From a virus (Duplodnaviria; Caudoviricetes): 24,413 bases of DNA. Shown here piece after piece: positions 8,340 to 16,549 of this stretch. The notes beneath the pieces are model-generated. The model did no database searches, was not told the origin of the DNA, and worked only from the letters and a program-made list of their open reading frames with translations. Made by a program: the position numbers and the translations under genes. The stretch spans positions 1 to 24,413 of the IMG/VR virus record IMGVR_UViG_3300037422_000484; one strand, written 5' to 3'. Positions within the stretch are counted from its first letter, which is position 1. Each line of letters opens with the position of its first letter.

Positions 8340-8550
8340 GGGAGATCTCCATTACGATCTGTGGATCGGGCCGACGCTCATCCGGGCCACGAAGCACCCT
8401 CGAGCAATGCTCGCAGGTCACCTCGAAGTTCAGATCCGTCACAAAATCCACCCAAATTCGTCCACAGATCGTGGCGGCCGTCGAGAACTCCCGCCCGCTC
8501 TCATCAGTCCACCTGACATATTTAGACGCCTTGTGTACTTTAGCCGTCAT
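8329..8550 (-). CDS. putative Zn-finger protein
   Basis: VH...TICG...VTCEHC. Confidence 0.65.
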   Translation of the reverse strand: MTAKVHKASKYVRWTDESGREFSTAATICGRIWVDFVTDLNFEVTCEHCSRVLRGPDERRPDPQIVMEISHAT

Positions 8551-8858
8551 GCTTCCATCATCAGACTAAAGAGCCGATCGATCACCTTGCGGGTATCGAA
8601 TTCCTTTGTCTTTGAACAATCCTCTTTGTCGAGATAAATCACGACGCGCTCCCAGCCAAACACCATGACCGGGCATTGAAACCACGAGGGCATAGCGTCT
8701 TCTGATTCGATAAGCCCATCTGCCGCCATCTCCTCTTTGACTGCGCCCAGGTATTCGTCGCGCTCCTTATCGACATTGGCCGCGACGCATTTGCCGACTA
8801 CGAAACAGATCGCGATCACAGACCACGCAATGATCGTGACCCGGAAGAATCGGATCAT
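8547..8858 (-). CDS. membrane-anchored or exported hypothetical protein
   Basis: MIRFFRVTIIAWSVIAICFVVG N-terminus; Cys pair in the soluble part. Confidence 0.6.
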   Translation of the reverse strand: MIRFFRVTIIAWSVIAICFVVGKCVAANVDKERDEYLGAVKEEMAADGLIESEDAMPSWFQCPVMVFGWERVVIYLDKEDCSKTKEFDTRKVIDRLFSLMMEA

Positions 8859-9133
8859 ATGCAGCCACCGGAATGAATGTGGTTTGGCTCACGAGCCTTC
8901 TCGAGCTCATCGATGCATCCTCGTAGCCTAAACAGGCTACTGTGCATGGACTGCATCAAGAAGTGGATTCGGCGGTCTTCGAGGTTCTTTTCGGAGAGAT
9001 AGCTGGCGAGTCGATTGAAATTCTTCAGCGTATCGAAGAAATGGATATCGGAATCCCTCTTGGTGGCGATGCGTGCCAACACAGACTCATCATCGATCGG
9101 TTCCGTATGCGAGAACCCCATCTTATCGGACAT
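8855..9133 (-). CDS. hypothetical protein
   Basis: GGGGG SD-like; ATGA overlap with the next gene. Confidence 0.6.
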   Translation of the reverse strand: MSDKMGFSHTEPIDDESVLARIATKRDSDIHFFDTLKNFNRLASYLSEKNLEDRRIHFLMQSMHSSLFRLRGCIDELEKAREPNHIHSGGCI

Positions 9134-9163
9134 CGATAAACCCCCATAAGAATGCTATAAGTC

Positions 9164-9181
9164 GTGTCACGGATGTATCAC
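9164..9181 (-). promoter_or_regulatory. tandem heptamer site GTGATAC-ATCC-GTGACAC
   Basis: One of three GTGAYAC-N4-GTGAYAC copies; 30 bp upstream of the ATG at 9133. Confidence 0.5.
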
Positions 9182-9670
9182 AGATCGCGATCTTTTGAAA
9201 AGCTGAAACCCACCTACACCTAGATAGGCATCCATTACAACGGCTATGGTCGCGAACTTCGCCCCATTTGATGCGCCAACGAATCGAACACGGGTACCGA
9301 GCTCCTGAATCAGGCAACAGTCCCGGGCCCGTAGGCATTCTTCATACCAGCGCGTGGAGGAGTCATGTGGCAGGAGCAAAACGATCCGTCGCCAGGGAAA
9401 GAGGCGAGCCTGCTCGAGAGACTTCATGACGAATTTCGATATCCAGGGTTGGCTATAGGGCGGATTGATGAATATCCGATGATGGCCCCAATCGAAGACG
9501 GTGGTCGCATCTTCTCCTAGGGGAGAACCGGGCCCAAGCCATGCTCCGCACTTCTTGTTTGACTCGTTCGCAGCACCGTCCAGCGTGAAGGGTCCCCATA
9601 GACCGTTCAGCCATTCAAAGATATCGTCTGGGGTCCCGTACAGGTTGCTCTTCGCATTCGGATCTGTCAT
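9167..9670 (-). CDS. phage DNA N6-adenine methyltransferase (phage Dam family)
   Basis: YGTP..IF..L...FTLD.AA...N.KC, FINPPYS, VLLLP...ST.WY, RVRF. Confidence 0.9.
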   Translation of the reverse strand: MTDPNAKSNLYGTPDDIFEWLNGLWGPFTLDGAANESNKKCGAWLGPGSPLGEDATTVFDWGHHRIFINPPYSQPWISKFVMKSLEQARLFPWRRIVLLLPHDSSTRWYEECLRARDCCLIQELGTRVRFVGASNGAKFATIAVVMDAYLGVGGFQLFKRSRSVIHP

Positions 9671-9676
9671 GGCGGC

Positions 9677-9934
9677 TCATTTGAAGTGCTGGTTGAGCGC
9701 GTAATACTCGGGCCACTCCCCTTGATACCAAGTTTTCACGGTCTGCCAGAGGTTCCCATTTGGATCGTCGGGCACGTGCTTTTGGAATTTGATCCGCCGC
9801 GCATGGGCCGGATCGGCCGGTGTGATTTGTACCAACCGGAACTCGTTACTAAGGTTCACGGTCTTTTTTTCAGTTTGTGCTGCCATAAGTGCTCCTCCAA
9901 GGAAAAGGGCTATAGCCAAACAGAACGCTTTCAT
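9677..9934 (-). CDS. small secreted protein
   Basis: SD GGAGG; Sec-type signal MKAFCLAIALFLGGALMA. Confidence 0.7.
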   Translation of the reverse strand: MKAFCLAIALFLGGALMAAQTEKKTVNLSNEFRLVQITPADPAHARRIKFQKHVPDDPNGNLWQTVKTWYQGEWPEYYALNQHFK

Positions 9935-10058
9935 TTTGCCTCCGGTCCTGAAATTTATTATCCGATTCTTGGGCCGATAGGATCATAAAGCTGATCGGAA
10001 GTAAAGCATGGACAGTGCTCGCACAGAACGGACACGCGACCAATTTAGTTTTTTTCAC

Positions 10059-10292
10059 TCATGGTCCCGTCCACATGTCGTGAGTATCGGCCTGCATTCC
10101 GCAAGTGCTACAGGTTACAGTTCCACCATCCGAAAGCTCTTTCCAAGGCCCGTCCCATTTGTGGTCGCAGTCTTTTTTGAAATGCTCGTCGATACATTTC
10201 ATCATGTCGGGCTCTGTGCACCGTCCAGGTCCGCCGCAGGTATAGCCGCATTCGCATCGGCATCTTGAAATTGAAACGGTGATCGGACTCAC
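10059..10292 (-). CDS. Cys-rich Zn-binding phage protein
   Basis: GTG start with GTGA overlap (track start 10388 is likely too long); CRCEC...CDHKWDGPW...TCSTCG...HDMW. Confidence 0.65.
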   Translation of the reverse strand: MSPITVSISRCRCECGYTCGGPGRCTEPDMMKCIDEHFKKDCDHKWDGPWKELSDGGTVTCSTCGMQADTHDMWTGP

Positions 10293-10409
10293 TTCATCCC
10301 TCGAATCCTTCGCTCTTGGCGATACGACAAGTAGGCCGGTACCAAGAGCAACGTTATTCCACCCAAAAAGCCGCCCAGAAAGCTCCACAGAAAGGCACTC
10401 ACTTCATCC
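10287..10409. repeat. 13-bp direct repeat ACTCACTTCATCC at 10287-10299 and 10397-10409
   Basis: Exact match; each copy spans a stop/start junction flanking the 37-aa gene. Confidence 0.75.
10289..10402 (-). CDS. 37-aa single-TM peptide (not in ORF track)
   Basis: MSAFLWSFLGGFLGGITLLLVPAYLSYRQERRIRGMK*; GTGA overlaps at both ends. Confidence 0.6.
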   Translation of the reverse strand: MSAFLWSFLGGFLGGITLLLVPAYLSYRQERRIRGMK

Positions 10410-10725
10410 ACCTACTTTCCAGGGCTTCGATAGCAAGCCTAACCTCGGTCCCGATACAGCCTTCTTGCTCGTCCACACTCATTCTCCACAACCTCACAAC
10501 CTCCTCTACGTCGGAGACGAACTGGAGGAGGGAGGGGAGGGTGTTGCGGGACTGGCAGACAAATGCTTGGTTTTCTCGGTGATGGACAATAGCAACCTGC
10601 TCGCCGGTTGGTGCGTCGATATCAACCGCGTCACTGTTCGGACTCATCCAACCTATATGCCACGGCCCCGGCGTCGCCTTCTTCTCCAGCTCTTCCAGGC
10701 GCTTGATTTTCTCAAGGAAGGTCAT
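10399..10725 (-). CDS. Ead/Ea22-like protein
   Basis: LEELEKKATPGPW...NQAFV..SRN.LP.LL signature. Confidence 0.75.
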   Translation of the reverse strand: MTFLEKIKRLEELEKKATPGPWHIGWMSPNSDAVDIDAPTGEQVAIVHHRENQAFVCQSRNTLPSLLQFVSDVEEVVRLWRMSVDEQEGCIGTEVRLAIEALESRWMK

Positions 10726-10934
10726 TTGAGGTAGTCCCCACTCATTTTTTCAACTTCGATGAGGTCGAGAAGTTTATGCGCAAGAGCCACGGTCCCGTCT
10801 TTTCGTTTATGCCAAACCTTTTTACCGCAGTCTGAAATGTACATGGTTTCCCCCTTGCGGTTTTCGTTCCCGTGGTTGACCGCACCTCTTGCGAGTATCG
10901 GCTTTCCGTTTATCATGATCGCTACCGTGATCAC
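10722..10934 (-). CDS. phage hypothetical protein
   Basis: GGGGAG SD and GTGA overlap; ITVAIMING...H.R.DG...LA. Confidence 0.65.
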   Translation of the reverse strand: MITVAIMINGKPILARGAVNHGNENRKGETMYISDCGKKVWHKRKDGTVALAHKLLDLIEVEKMSGDYLK

Positions 10935-11170
10935 TTCTCCCCCAATCTCTGGAAATGCGAGTTCGCCAAATCCCAACACTCTTTGTGAAGAATGTCCGAC
11001 TCCTGCGCGGCTACATAACCAAGTCTTTCTGGTTGGGTGCGAATTGTGTTTAGCGCTTCCTCGGCTGAGCGCAGGCGATGCAGCACCGCCAATGTAAAGT
11101 CATTAGTGTGTTGTCTTTCGCCGTGAATCAGCCGCTCTTCTGATTTATTTATTTCATCGTCAGATATCAT
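10931..11170 (-). CDS. hypothetical protein, paralog of 7371..7724
   Basis: SD AGGAG; MISDDEI...RLRSAEEAL...ANSHF. Confidence 0.65.
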   Translation of the reverse strand: MISDDEINKSEERLIHGERQHTNDFTLAVLHRLRSAEEALNTIRTQPERLGYVAAQESDILHKECWDLANSHFQRLGEK

Positions 11171-11357
11171 CACCACTCCTAAAATCAATTGGAATAACTG
11201 AAGCAAAGCTGTTTTGTTTCTCGCATTTTGGGCACTTAAGCTTAAATATCGAACACCCGTCCGGCACAGTTGCGACCCACCTAGTTTGGCACTCAAGACA
11301 AAGAGCCCAGAAATTTGAGTGCGGTCTTTTGTCGCTCAAGTCTGTAATTGTTCCCAT
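11160..11357 (-). CDS. Zn-ribbon protein
   Basis: SD GAGGAG; CLEC...CPKC. Confidence 0.75.
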   Translation of the reverse strand: MGTITDLSDKRPHSNFWALCLECQTRWVATVPDGCSIFKLKCPKCEKQNSFASVIPIDFRSGDDI

Positions 11358-11450
11358 ATTCTCCTCTCAAAATCGGGGTGGGGCCGGGCTGTTACACCCT
11401 GATTAGGCGTTCGTAGACGCCGCCCTCCCTTTCATCCGCTCGAACGGAAT

Positions 11451-11696
11451 TCAATGACTTCTCGAAACTGCTTTCGTCGCCCACATAACGGATTCTTCAA
11501 GCGCCGTTTTTGCGAGTGAAACAAGTCGCCCCGCTTCAGTGTTGCCTGGAGGAATCGGAATACTGTCGATCTCCCAGAAGAGAGTTGAAGCCGCTCGCTT
11601 CACACCATCAACAAGGTGTTCCTGTCCGTTGAGACCGCGCGATTCGAATACTTTCGTTGCACGGCTCAGGTCTCTTTGTGCTGCTTGTTCTTCCAT
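11451..11696 (-). CDS. Acb2/Tad1-like helical hairpin protein (candidate nucleotide-signal sponge)
   Basis: SD AGGAG; GRLVSLAKTALEESVMWATKAV fits the R..S.A.T.LEE..MW..KA pattern of this hairpin family. Confidence 0.7.
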   Translation of the reverse strand: MEEQAAQRDLSRATKVFESRGLNGQEHLVDGVKRAASTLFWEIDSIPIPPGNTEAGRLVSLAKTALEESVMWATKAVSRSH

Positions 11697-11705
11697 TGTT
11701 TTCTC

Positions 11706-11861
11706 CTATTTCAATAGCGCCCGAAGCGCGGCCATTCCAGCAAACTCACTTTTCAAAGTAGCGCGTAGGATTTTCAAAATCTCCCGCACATCACCAATAG
11801 AAGCTTGGTGTTTTTTCCCCTCTGCGTTCGCGATTAGGGAGGCTAGTTCGTTGAGGGTCAT
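11706..11861 (-). CDS. 51-aa HU N-terminal-like peptide (not in ORF track)
   Basis: Strong SD AGGAGGAG; MTLNELASLIANAEGKKHQASIGDVREILKILRATLKSEFAGMAALRALLK*. Confidence 0.65.
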   Translation of the reverse strand: MTLNELASLIANAEGKKHQASIGDVREILKILRATLKSEFAGMAALRALLK

Positions 11862-12054
11862 TTCTCCTCCTGGGTAGGTTGTTTTTCAAATAAATCATTC
11901 ATGTAGTTCGTCACCTTGCGGTCCACACACTTAGGACACGAGGACTTCCTTGAGCGCAGCTTCAAGGCCCAAACTCGAATCAACGTATCCGGCTTTCACG
12001 GTCCGTGAGTCACCACAAACCCCACAGTCGGGAACTATTTTTTTCTCAGCCCAT
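11858..12054 (-). pseudogene. apparently frameshifted Zn-finger gene
   Basis: CGVCGD in one frame and SCPKC...EEK* in the +1 frame; the latter ends in an ATGA overlap with the next gene. Confidence 0.4.
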
Positions 12055-12114
12055 TGTCCGTCTGCCAGTTTGCCGATTTTTACTCCACCCGAGATCGTAG
12101 TGTCAAACCACGGT

Positions 12115-12132
12115 GTATCACTTCCGTGTCAC
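12115..12132 (-). promoter_or_regulatory. tandem heptamer site GTGACAC-GGAA-GTGATAC in the divergent control region
   Basis: Lies 8 bp upstream of a minus-strand TTGACA (12106-12101); further half-sites at 12100-12106 and 12142-12148. Confidence 0.6.
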
Positions 12133-12201
12133 CGATTTATGGTATCATAGGCTGTGCATGCGTAACTTGACGCGAATGCGCAAGGTTTTCAGGAGAGTTT
12201 T

Positions 12202-12699
12202 ATGGCAGAGGGCAGAAAAACGGGCGGACGGGATTTCCAGCCCGGCAACACGTTCAGCAAAGGGCGGGAGCGCATTCCCGATGATCTAAAGATGGCGCGG
12301 GCATTCAATAAGACTGAATTCGAGCGAATCGCGAATAAATTCCTCTATATGCATCCAAATACGCTGAAGGAATATCTTGCGTCGCAGCAGATATCTCCGG
12401 AGGCGAACATGGCGGAGATGATGACGGCATCCGTCATGATTAATTGCATGAATCTAGGATGCTATAAACGACTCAATGCCATCTTGGATCGGGTAATCGG
12501 TCCGGTACCTCGGCAGATCTCGGGCCCGCAGGGCGGTCCAATCCCGTTCTCCATGTCTTTGGGTAGATTGACCGACGAGGAGGCCCAGGAGCAGATCGAG
12601 GATATTTTGGAGCATCTCGATCGATACTCGAAGCGGAAGGCCTTCATTGATAGAGCACGCCGAACAACTCGCGGAAATCGAGAAACTAAGGCAGTCTAG
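12202..12699 (+). CDS. terS: terminase small subunit
   Basis: GRKTGGR.FQPGN...GR N-terminus and ISGPQGGPI motif; directly upstream of TerL. Confidence 0.75.
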   Translation: MAEGRKTGGRDFQPGNTFSKGRERIPDDLKMARAFNKTEFERIANKFLYMHPNTLKEYLASQQISPEANMAEMMTASVMINCMNLGCYKRLNAILDRVIGPVPRQISGPQGGPIPFSMSLGRLTDEEAQEQIEDILEHLDRYSKRKAFIDRARRTTRGNRETKAV

Positions 12700-14167
12700 G
12701 CCAGCCCTCGTTCAGCTTGAGCAGTTGATCCATCTCCGGGACGCCACGACGACGGATCTGTTGGCGAGTTTTGTGGAAGTCGCATGGAGGATTATTGAGC
12801 CCTCCACGAAGCTGCTCTGGAACTGGCACCATGAACTGATCTGCGAATATCTGACCGCAGTTTATGAGGGACAGATCCGTCGCCTTATTATCAATATGCC
12901 GCCCAGATACATGAAGTCGATTCTGGCTACGATTACATTCCCGGTGTGGTGTTGGACCAAAAAGCCCTCGATGCGATTCATATTCGCATCGTACTCCCAG
13001 TCCCTCTCTACAAGGCATTCGGTCGATAGGCGTCGACTCATTGAGTCGGCATGGTATCAGACCGCCTATGGCGATAAGGTATGTCTGGCCTCAGATCAGA
13101 ACTTGAAAATGGAGTTCGAGAACACTAAGCGCGGGCATATGATTGCCACCTCAATGGGCGGAACCGTTACCGGAAAGGGCTGTGACGTGCTCGTGGTGGA
13201 TGACGCCCATAATCCAAAACTGGCTCAATCAGAGAAACAAAGACAGTCTGCTATTGACGCATTCGATAAGACGTTTAGCTCGCGACTCGATGATAAGCGG
13301 GAAGGACGTATGATCATCGTGATGCAGCGTCTCCATGAGAAGGATCTCTCCGGACACCTTCTAGCCAAGGATGCGGACTGGGAGCACCTCATGATCCAAG
13401 GCATTAATGAGACGAAACGGGCGATCGTCTTTCCGATCTCGAAACGCAGAAAGACCCTACCGGTTGGCCATATTCTCCATCCCGAGCGAGAAAGCGCGAC
13501 TGAGCTCCAAAGACAGAAGGAGACCATGGGCTCCTATGAATTCTCGGGCCAGTATCAGCAGCGGCCCACTCCCGGAGAGGGCGGCATCATCAAGAACCAT
13601 TGGTGGCGATATTGGCGGCCTGAGACGCTCCCGGACACTTGGCACCAGACGATTCTGACCATGGATGCGAATTTCAAGGAGACAAAGAAGGGGTCCTTCG
13701 TTGTGATTCAGGTGTGGGGGCGCCACAAAGCGGATAAGTATCTGCTCGATCAAGTCAGGGGCCGATGGGACTTCCCCCGATCGGTGAAAGAACTGAAGAA
13801 TCTCATCCTCAAATGGCCTCGCGCGCACTCACGCTATATAGAAGAGAAAGCGAATGGGCCCGCCATCATCGCGTCGCTGAGAACCGAGATTCCGGGCATC
13901 ATTCCGCTGAAAGCAGATGTCAGCAAGGAAGCGCGGGCGAGCGCGGCCTCGCCACAGGTCGAATCCGGAAACTGTTATCTACCGGATCCGTCGCTTTATC
14001 CGTGGGTGAAAGACTTCCTACTCGAGTTCGAATTCTTCCCGGTCGGCGAAAACGACGATCAGGTCGACGCCGCAGTATATGGAATCCTAAAGCTCTCAAA
14101 CATCAGCATCACCGCCTCGAAGGGCGTGGTGCTTCCTCAAATGGGCAAGACAAGCAATTGGAGGTAG
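12647..14167 (+). CDS. terL: terminase large subunit
   Basis: LIINMPPRYMKS (Walker A), TGKGCDVLVVDD (Walker B), MQRLH, IEEKANG, DDQVDA nuclease motif. Confidence 0.96.
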   Translation: MIEHAEQLAEIEKLRQSRPALVQLEQLIHLRDATTTDLLASFVEVAWRIIEPSTKLLWNWHHELICEYLTAVYEGQIRRLIINMPPRYMKSILATITFPVWCWTKKPSMRFIFASYSQSLSTRHSVDRRRLIESAWYQTAYGDKVCLASDQNLKMEFENTKRGHMIATSMGGTVTGKGCDVLVVDDAHNPKLAQSEKQRQSAIDAFDKTFSSRLDDKREGRMIIVMQRLHEKDLSGHLLAKDADWEHLMIQGINETKRAIVFPISKRRKTLPVGHILHPERESATELQRQKETMGSYEFSGQYQQRPTPGEGGIIKNHWWRYWRPETLPDTWHQTILTMDANFKETKKGSFVVIQVWGRHKADKYLLDQVRGRWDFPRSVKELKNLILKWPRAHSRYIEEKANGPAIIASLRTEIPGIIPLKADVSKEARASAASPQVESGNCYLPDPSLYPWVKDFLLEFEFFPVGENDDQVDAAVYGILKLSNISITASKGVVLPQMGKTSNWR

Positions 14168-14198
14168 ACTATATTGAATTGTCTTTAGCCTCACTCCC

Positions 14199-14216
14199 GT
14201 GACACGAAGGTGATAC
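14199..14216 (+). promoter_or_regulatory. tandem heptamer site GTGACAC-GAAG-GTGATAC
   Basis: Overlaps the portal RBS and abuts ATG 14217; 17/19 identical to the 12114-12132 minus-strand copy. Confidence 0.6.
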
Positions 14217-15533
14217 ATGCCGAAAAAGAGCCAAGTTGAGAAACAGGCATCGTTGGATCTGCGCGAGCTGGGCATCACCGGTCTCAAGAGATTCGGTGGC
14301 CAGATATTCGAGGAGTTCCTGAAGGAGCTCCACGGTACACGAGGGCTCTGCATCTATAGGGAGATGCGCTACAACGAACCAATCATAGGCGGCATGCTTT
14401 TCGTCATCGAGATGATGATCCGCCAAACAGAGTTTCATATCGTGGCCGCCGACCAGAGCAACGAGGGCATGCAGGCGAAGCTATTCGTTGAGTCCGTTCT
14501 AGACGATATGTCGATGAGCTGGAACGACACGATGTCTGAGATCCTCTCGATGCTCCCATACGGATTCGCGCCGCATGAAATGATCTGGAAGCGAAGAAAC
14601 GGCGAATCGCGTAATCCAGTCGAACATTCAAAATTCTCCGACGGCATGATCGGCTGGGCGAAGCTCCCGATTCGGGCCCAGGAGAGCGTCTTCGAGTGGA
14701 TCTATAACGAGGAAATCGATGAGCCTGTAGGCTATGTCCAGGTCGCGGAGACGGATGGAAAGCGACGTGAGATCCCGATGGAGAAGACGTTGCTCTTCCG
14801 CACGACCTCGAACAAGAATTCGCCAGAGGGTATGTCGGTCCTTCGAAACGTCTATCGTCCTTGGTACTTCAAAAAGCTGATTGAGAATCTAAGAGGAATC
14901 GGTATTGAGCGAAACTTGGCGGGACTTCCTGTTGCTTGGGTACCGGCACGACTTCTCTCTACCGACGCGTCCCCGGAGGATAAGGCTGCGATTCAAAATA
15001 TCGAAAAGATCGTGAAGAACATCAAGACCGATGAGCAGATGGGGCTGGTCCTTCCTCTCGAATATGATGAGCATGGCAACAAGCTTTGGGACTTTCAGTT
15101 ACTCTCCGCAGGTGGTGGACAGTCCGGCAAATCGATGGACATCAACGAGACCATCAACAGTTACGATCAGCGGATGGCCCTCACCCTCCTGACCGACTTC
15201 ATACTTCTGGGGCATGAAAAAGTGGGAAGCTTCGCGCTGGCGAGCTCAAAGACCCGATTATTCTCCGCAGCCATCGGGGCCTGGATGGACGCCATCGCTT
15301 CCGTGTTTAACCGGACCGGAATTCCAAAGCTGTGTAAGCTGAATGGAATCCCTCCGGAGCTCTATCCCAGGATGAATCATGGGGATATCGAGACCGTCGA
15401 TCTCGTCGAGCTGGGAGACTACATCTCTAAGCTGGCGGGCGTCGGAATGCCGCTCTTCCCGGATGACAAGGTTGAGGCATATCTCAAATCTCAGGCAGGA
15501 ATTCCCATCTCCCAGGAGACTGATGAGCTGTGA
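14217..15533 (+). CDS. portal protein (DUF935 / Mu gp29-like)
   Basis: YGFA.HE..W, SPEG.SVLR.VYRPWYFKK, IER..AGLP, GSFALA; follows TerL. Confidence 0.92.
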   Translation: MPKKSQVEKQASLDLRELGITGLKRFGGQIFEEFLKELHGTRGLCIYREMRYNEPIIGGMLFVIEMMIRQTEFHIVAADQSNEGMQAKLFVESVLDDMSMSWNDTMSEILSMLPYGFAPHEMIWKRRNGESRNPVEHSKFSDGMIGWAKLPIRAQESVFEWIYNEEIDEPVGYVQVAETDGKRREIPMEKTLLFRTTSNKNSPEGMSVLRNVYRPWYFKKLIENLRGIGIERNLAGLPVAWVPARLLSTDASPEDKAAIQNIEKIVKNIKTDEQMGLVLPLEYDEHGNKLWDFQLLSAGGGQSGKSMDINETINSYDQRMALTLLTDFILLGHEKVGSFALASSKTRLFSAAIGAWMDAIASVFNRTGIPKLCKLNGIPPELYPRMNHGDIETVDLVELGDYISKLAGVGMPLFPDDKVEAYLKSQAGIPISQETDEL

Positions 15534-16549
15534 TTCATCTGATATCCAAAGCGAAGCGTAAGCAGGAACGGCAATTCGACGCCGCGAATGGGCGCGCGGC
15601 AATCATGTCGCGGGCCGTATCGGCCTCTCTGACGAAGGGGCTCATCACCTTCAAAAACAAGGTTGAAGTCGAGCGTCTATCGGAATTTCTAGCGAAACAG
15701 GATCTCGAAGGGACGGTCGAATCTATTCCATGGCAGATTCTGCCTGATCGGCTTAACTTATTGGGCCCGTCCGTATTGGCCGGAATTACTGACGGCGGTG
15801 ATATCGCGCATCAGTTTCTCCCTCAGCACATGCAGCCCGATATCCGGTTCGATAGCAGAAACCCCAGGATCGACAAAATCCTCCAGCGCAGGGTCGGAAC
15901 CCTCATCGGAGATATCACCGAGGAATCCCGGGCGGAGGTTAGATCAGTGGTTCGGCAGGTTATCGATACCGGCATGCCGCTCTCGGCCGCCTCAAATAGG
16001 ATCCGAGATGTGGTTGGACTGACCGAACAGCAATCAATCGCCATTATGAACTTCCGAAATGCATTGGAATCCGGTGCTTATAGTGCCCTCACCCAAAATC
16101 AGAGATCGGTCGTGGCTCCTAGGATGTTCTTCGAGGAAGGGAAAAAGATAAATCTGCAGGATCGGGCTGTCCGAGCGCGGTTCAATCGCATAGTGGGACA
16201 GAAGGATATGGATAGACTAGTGGATGCCTACGCTGAACGATTGCTGCGGCACCGGTCCGAGAATATCGCCCGCACGGAATCGTTCCAGGCCATAAATGAA
16301 GGGCAGCGCGAATTCTGGAGCCAAGCTGATGAGCAGGGCATCCTCGGGGATAACGTGCGTAAGGAATGGATCATTGATCCTGTGACCGCGTGCGAGCTCT
16401 GTCGCCCTGTGAACGGGCAACGAGTGCGGCTAAATGAGATGTATCAGACACCCATTGGGCCGGTGATAGGCCCCACCCTCCATCCCAGCTGTAATTGCAT
16501 GGAGGCTTTAGTCTTTGTGAATTCCAGAAATCAGGAGGAGGCAGCATGA
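15530..16549 (+). CDS. minor head protein (Mu gpF / SPP1 gp7-like)
   Basis: RSENIARTE...KEW...CELC..VNG...PTLHPSCNC. Confidence 0.9.
   Translation: MIHLISKAKRKQERQFDAANGRAAIMSRAVSASLTKGLITFKNKVEVERLSEFLAKQDLEGTVESIPWQILPDRLNLLGPSVLAGITDGGDIAHQFLPQHMQPDIRFDSRNPRIDKILQRRVGTLIGDITEESRAEVRSVVRQVIDTGMPLSAASNRIRDVVGLTEQQSIAIMNFRNALESGAYSALTQNQRSVVAPRMFFEEGKKINLQDRAVRARFNRIVGQKDMDRLVDAYAERLLRHRSENIARTESFQAINEGQREFWSQADEQGILGDNVRKEWIIDPVTACELCRPVNGQRVRLNEMYQTPIGPVIGPTLHPSCNCMEALVFVNSRNQEEAA

Noticed and set aside
9870-10058. Lar-like restriction alleviation protein (KLVACPFC)
   Set aside because: The second CxxC is missing and the ORF overlaps the next gene; function is unsupported, though a short gene may exist here.
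11375-11445. Twister or hammerhead ribozyme in the structured spacer (GAGGG...GGCGU/ACGCC-UAA)
   Set aside because: The P2 pairing and the L4 AAGC/pseudoknot elements are absent, and there is no CUGAUGA core.
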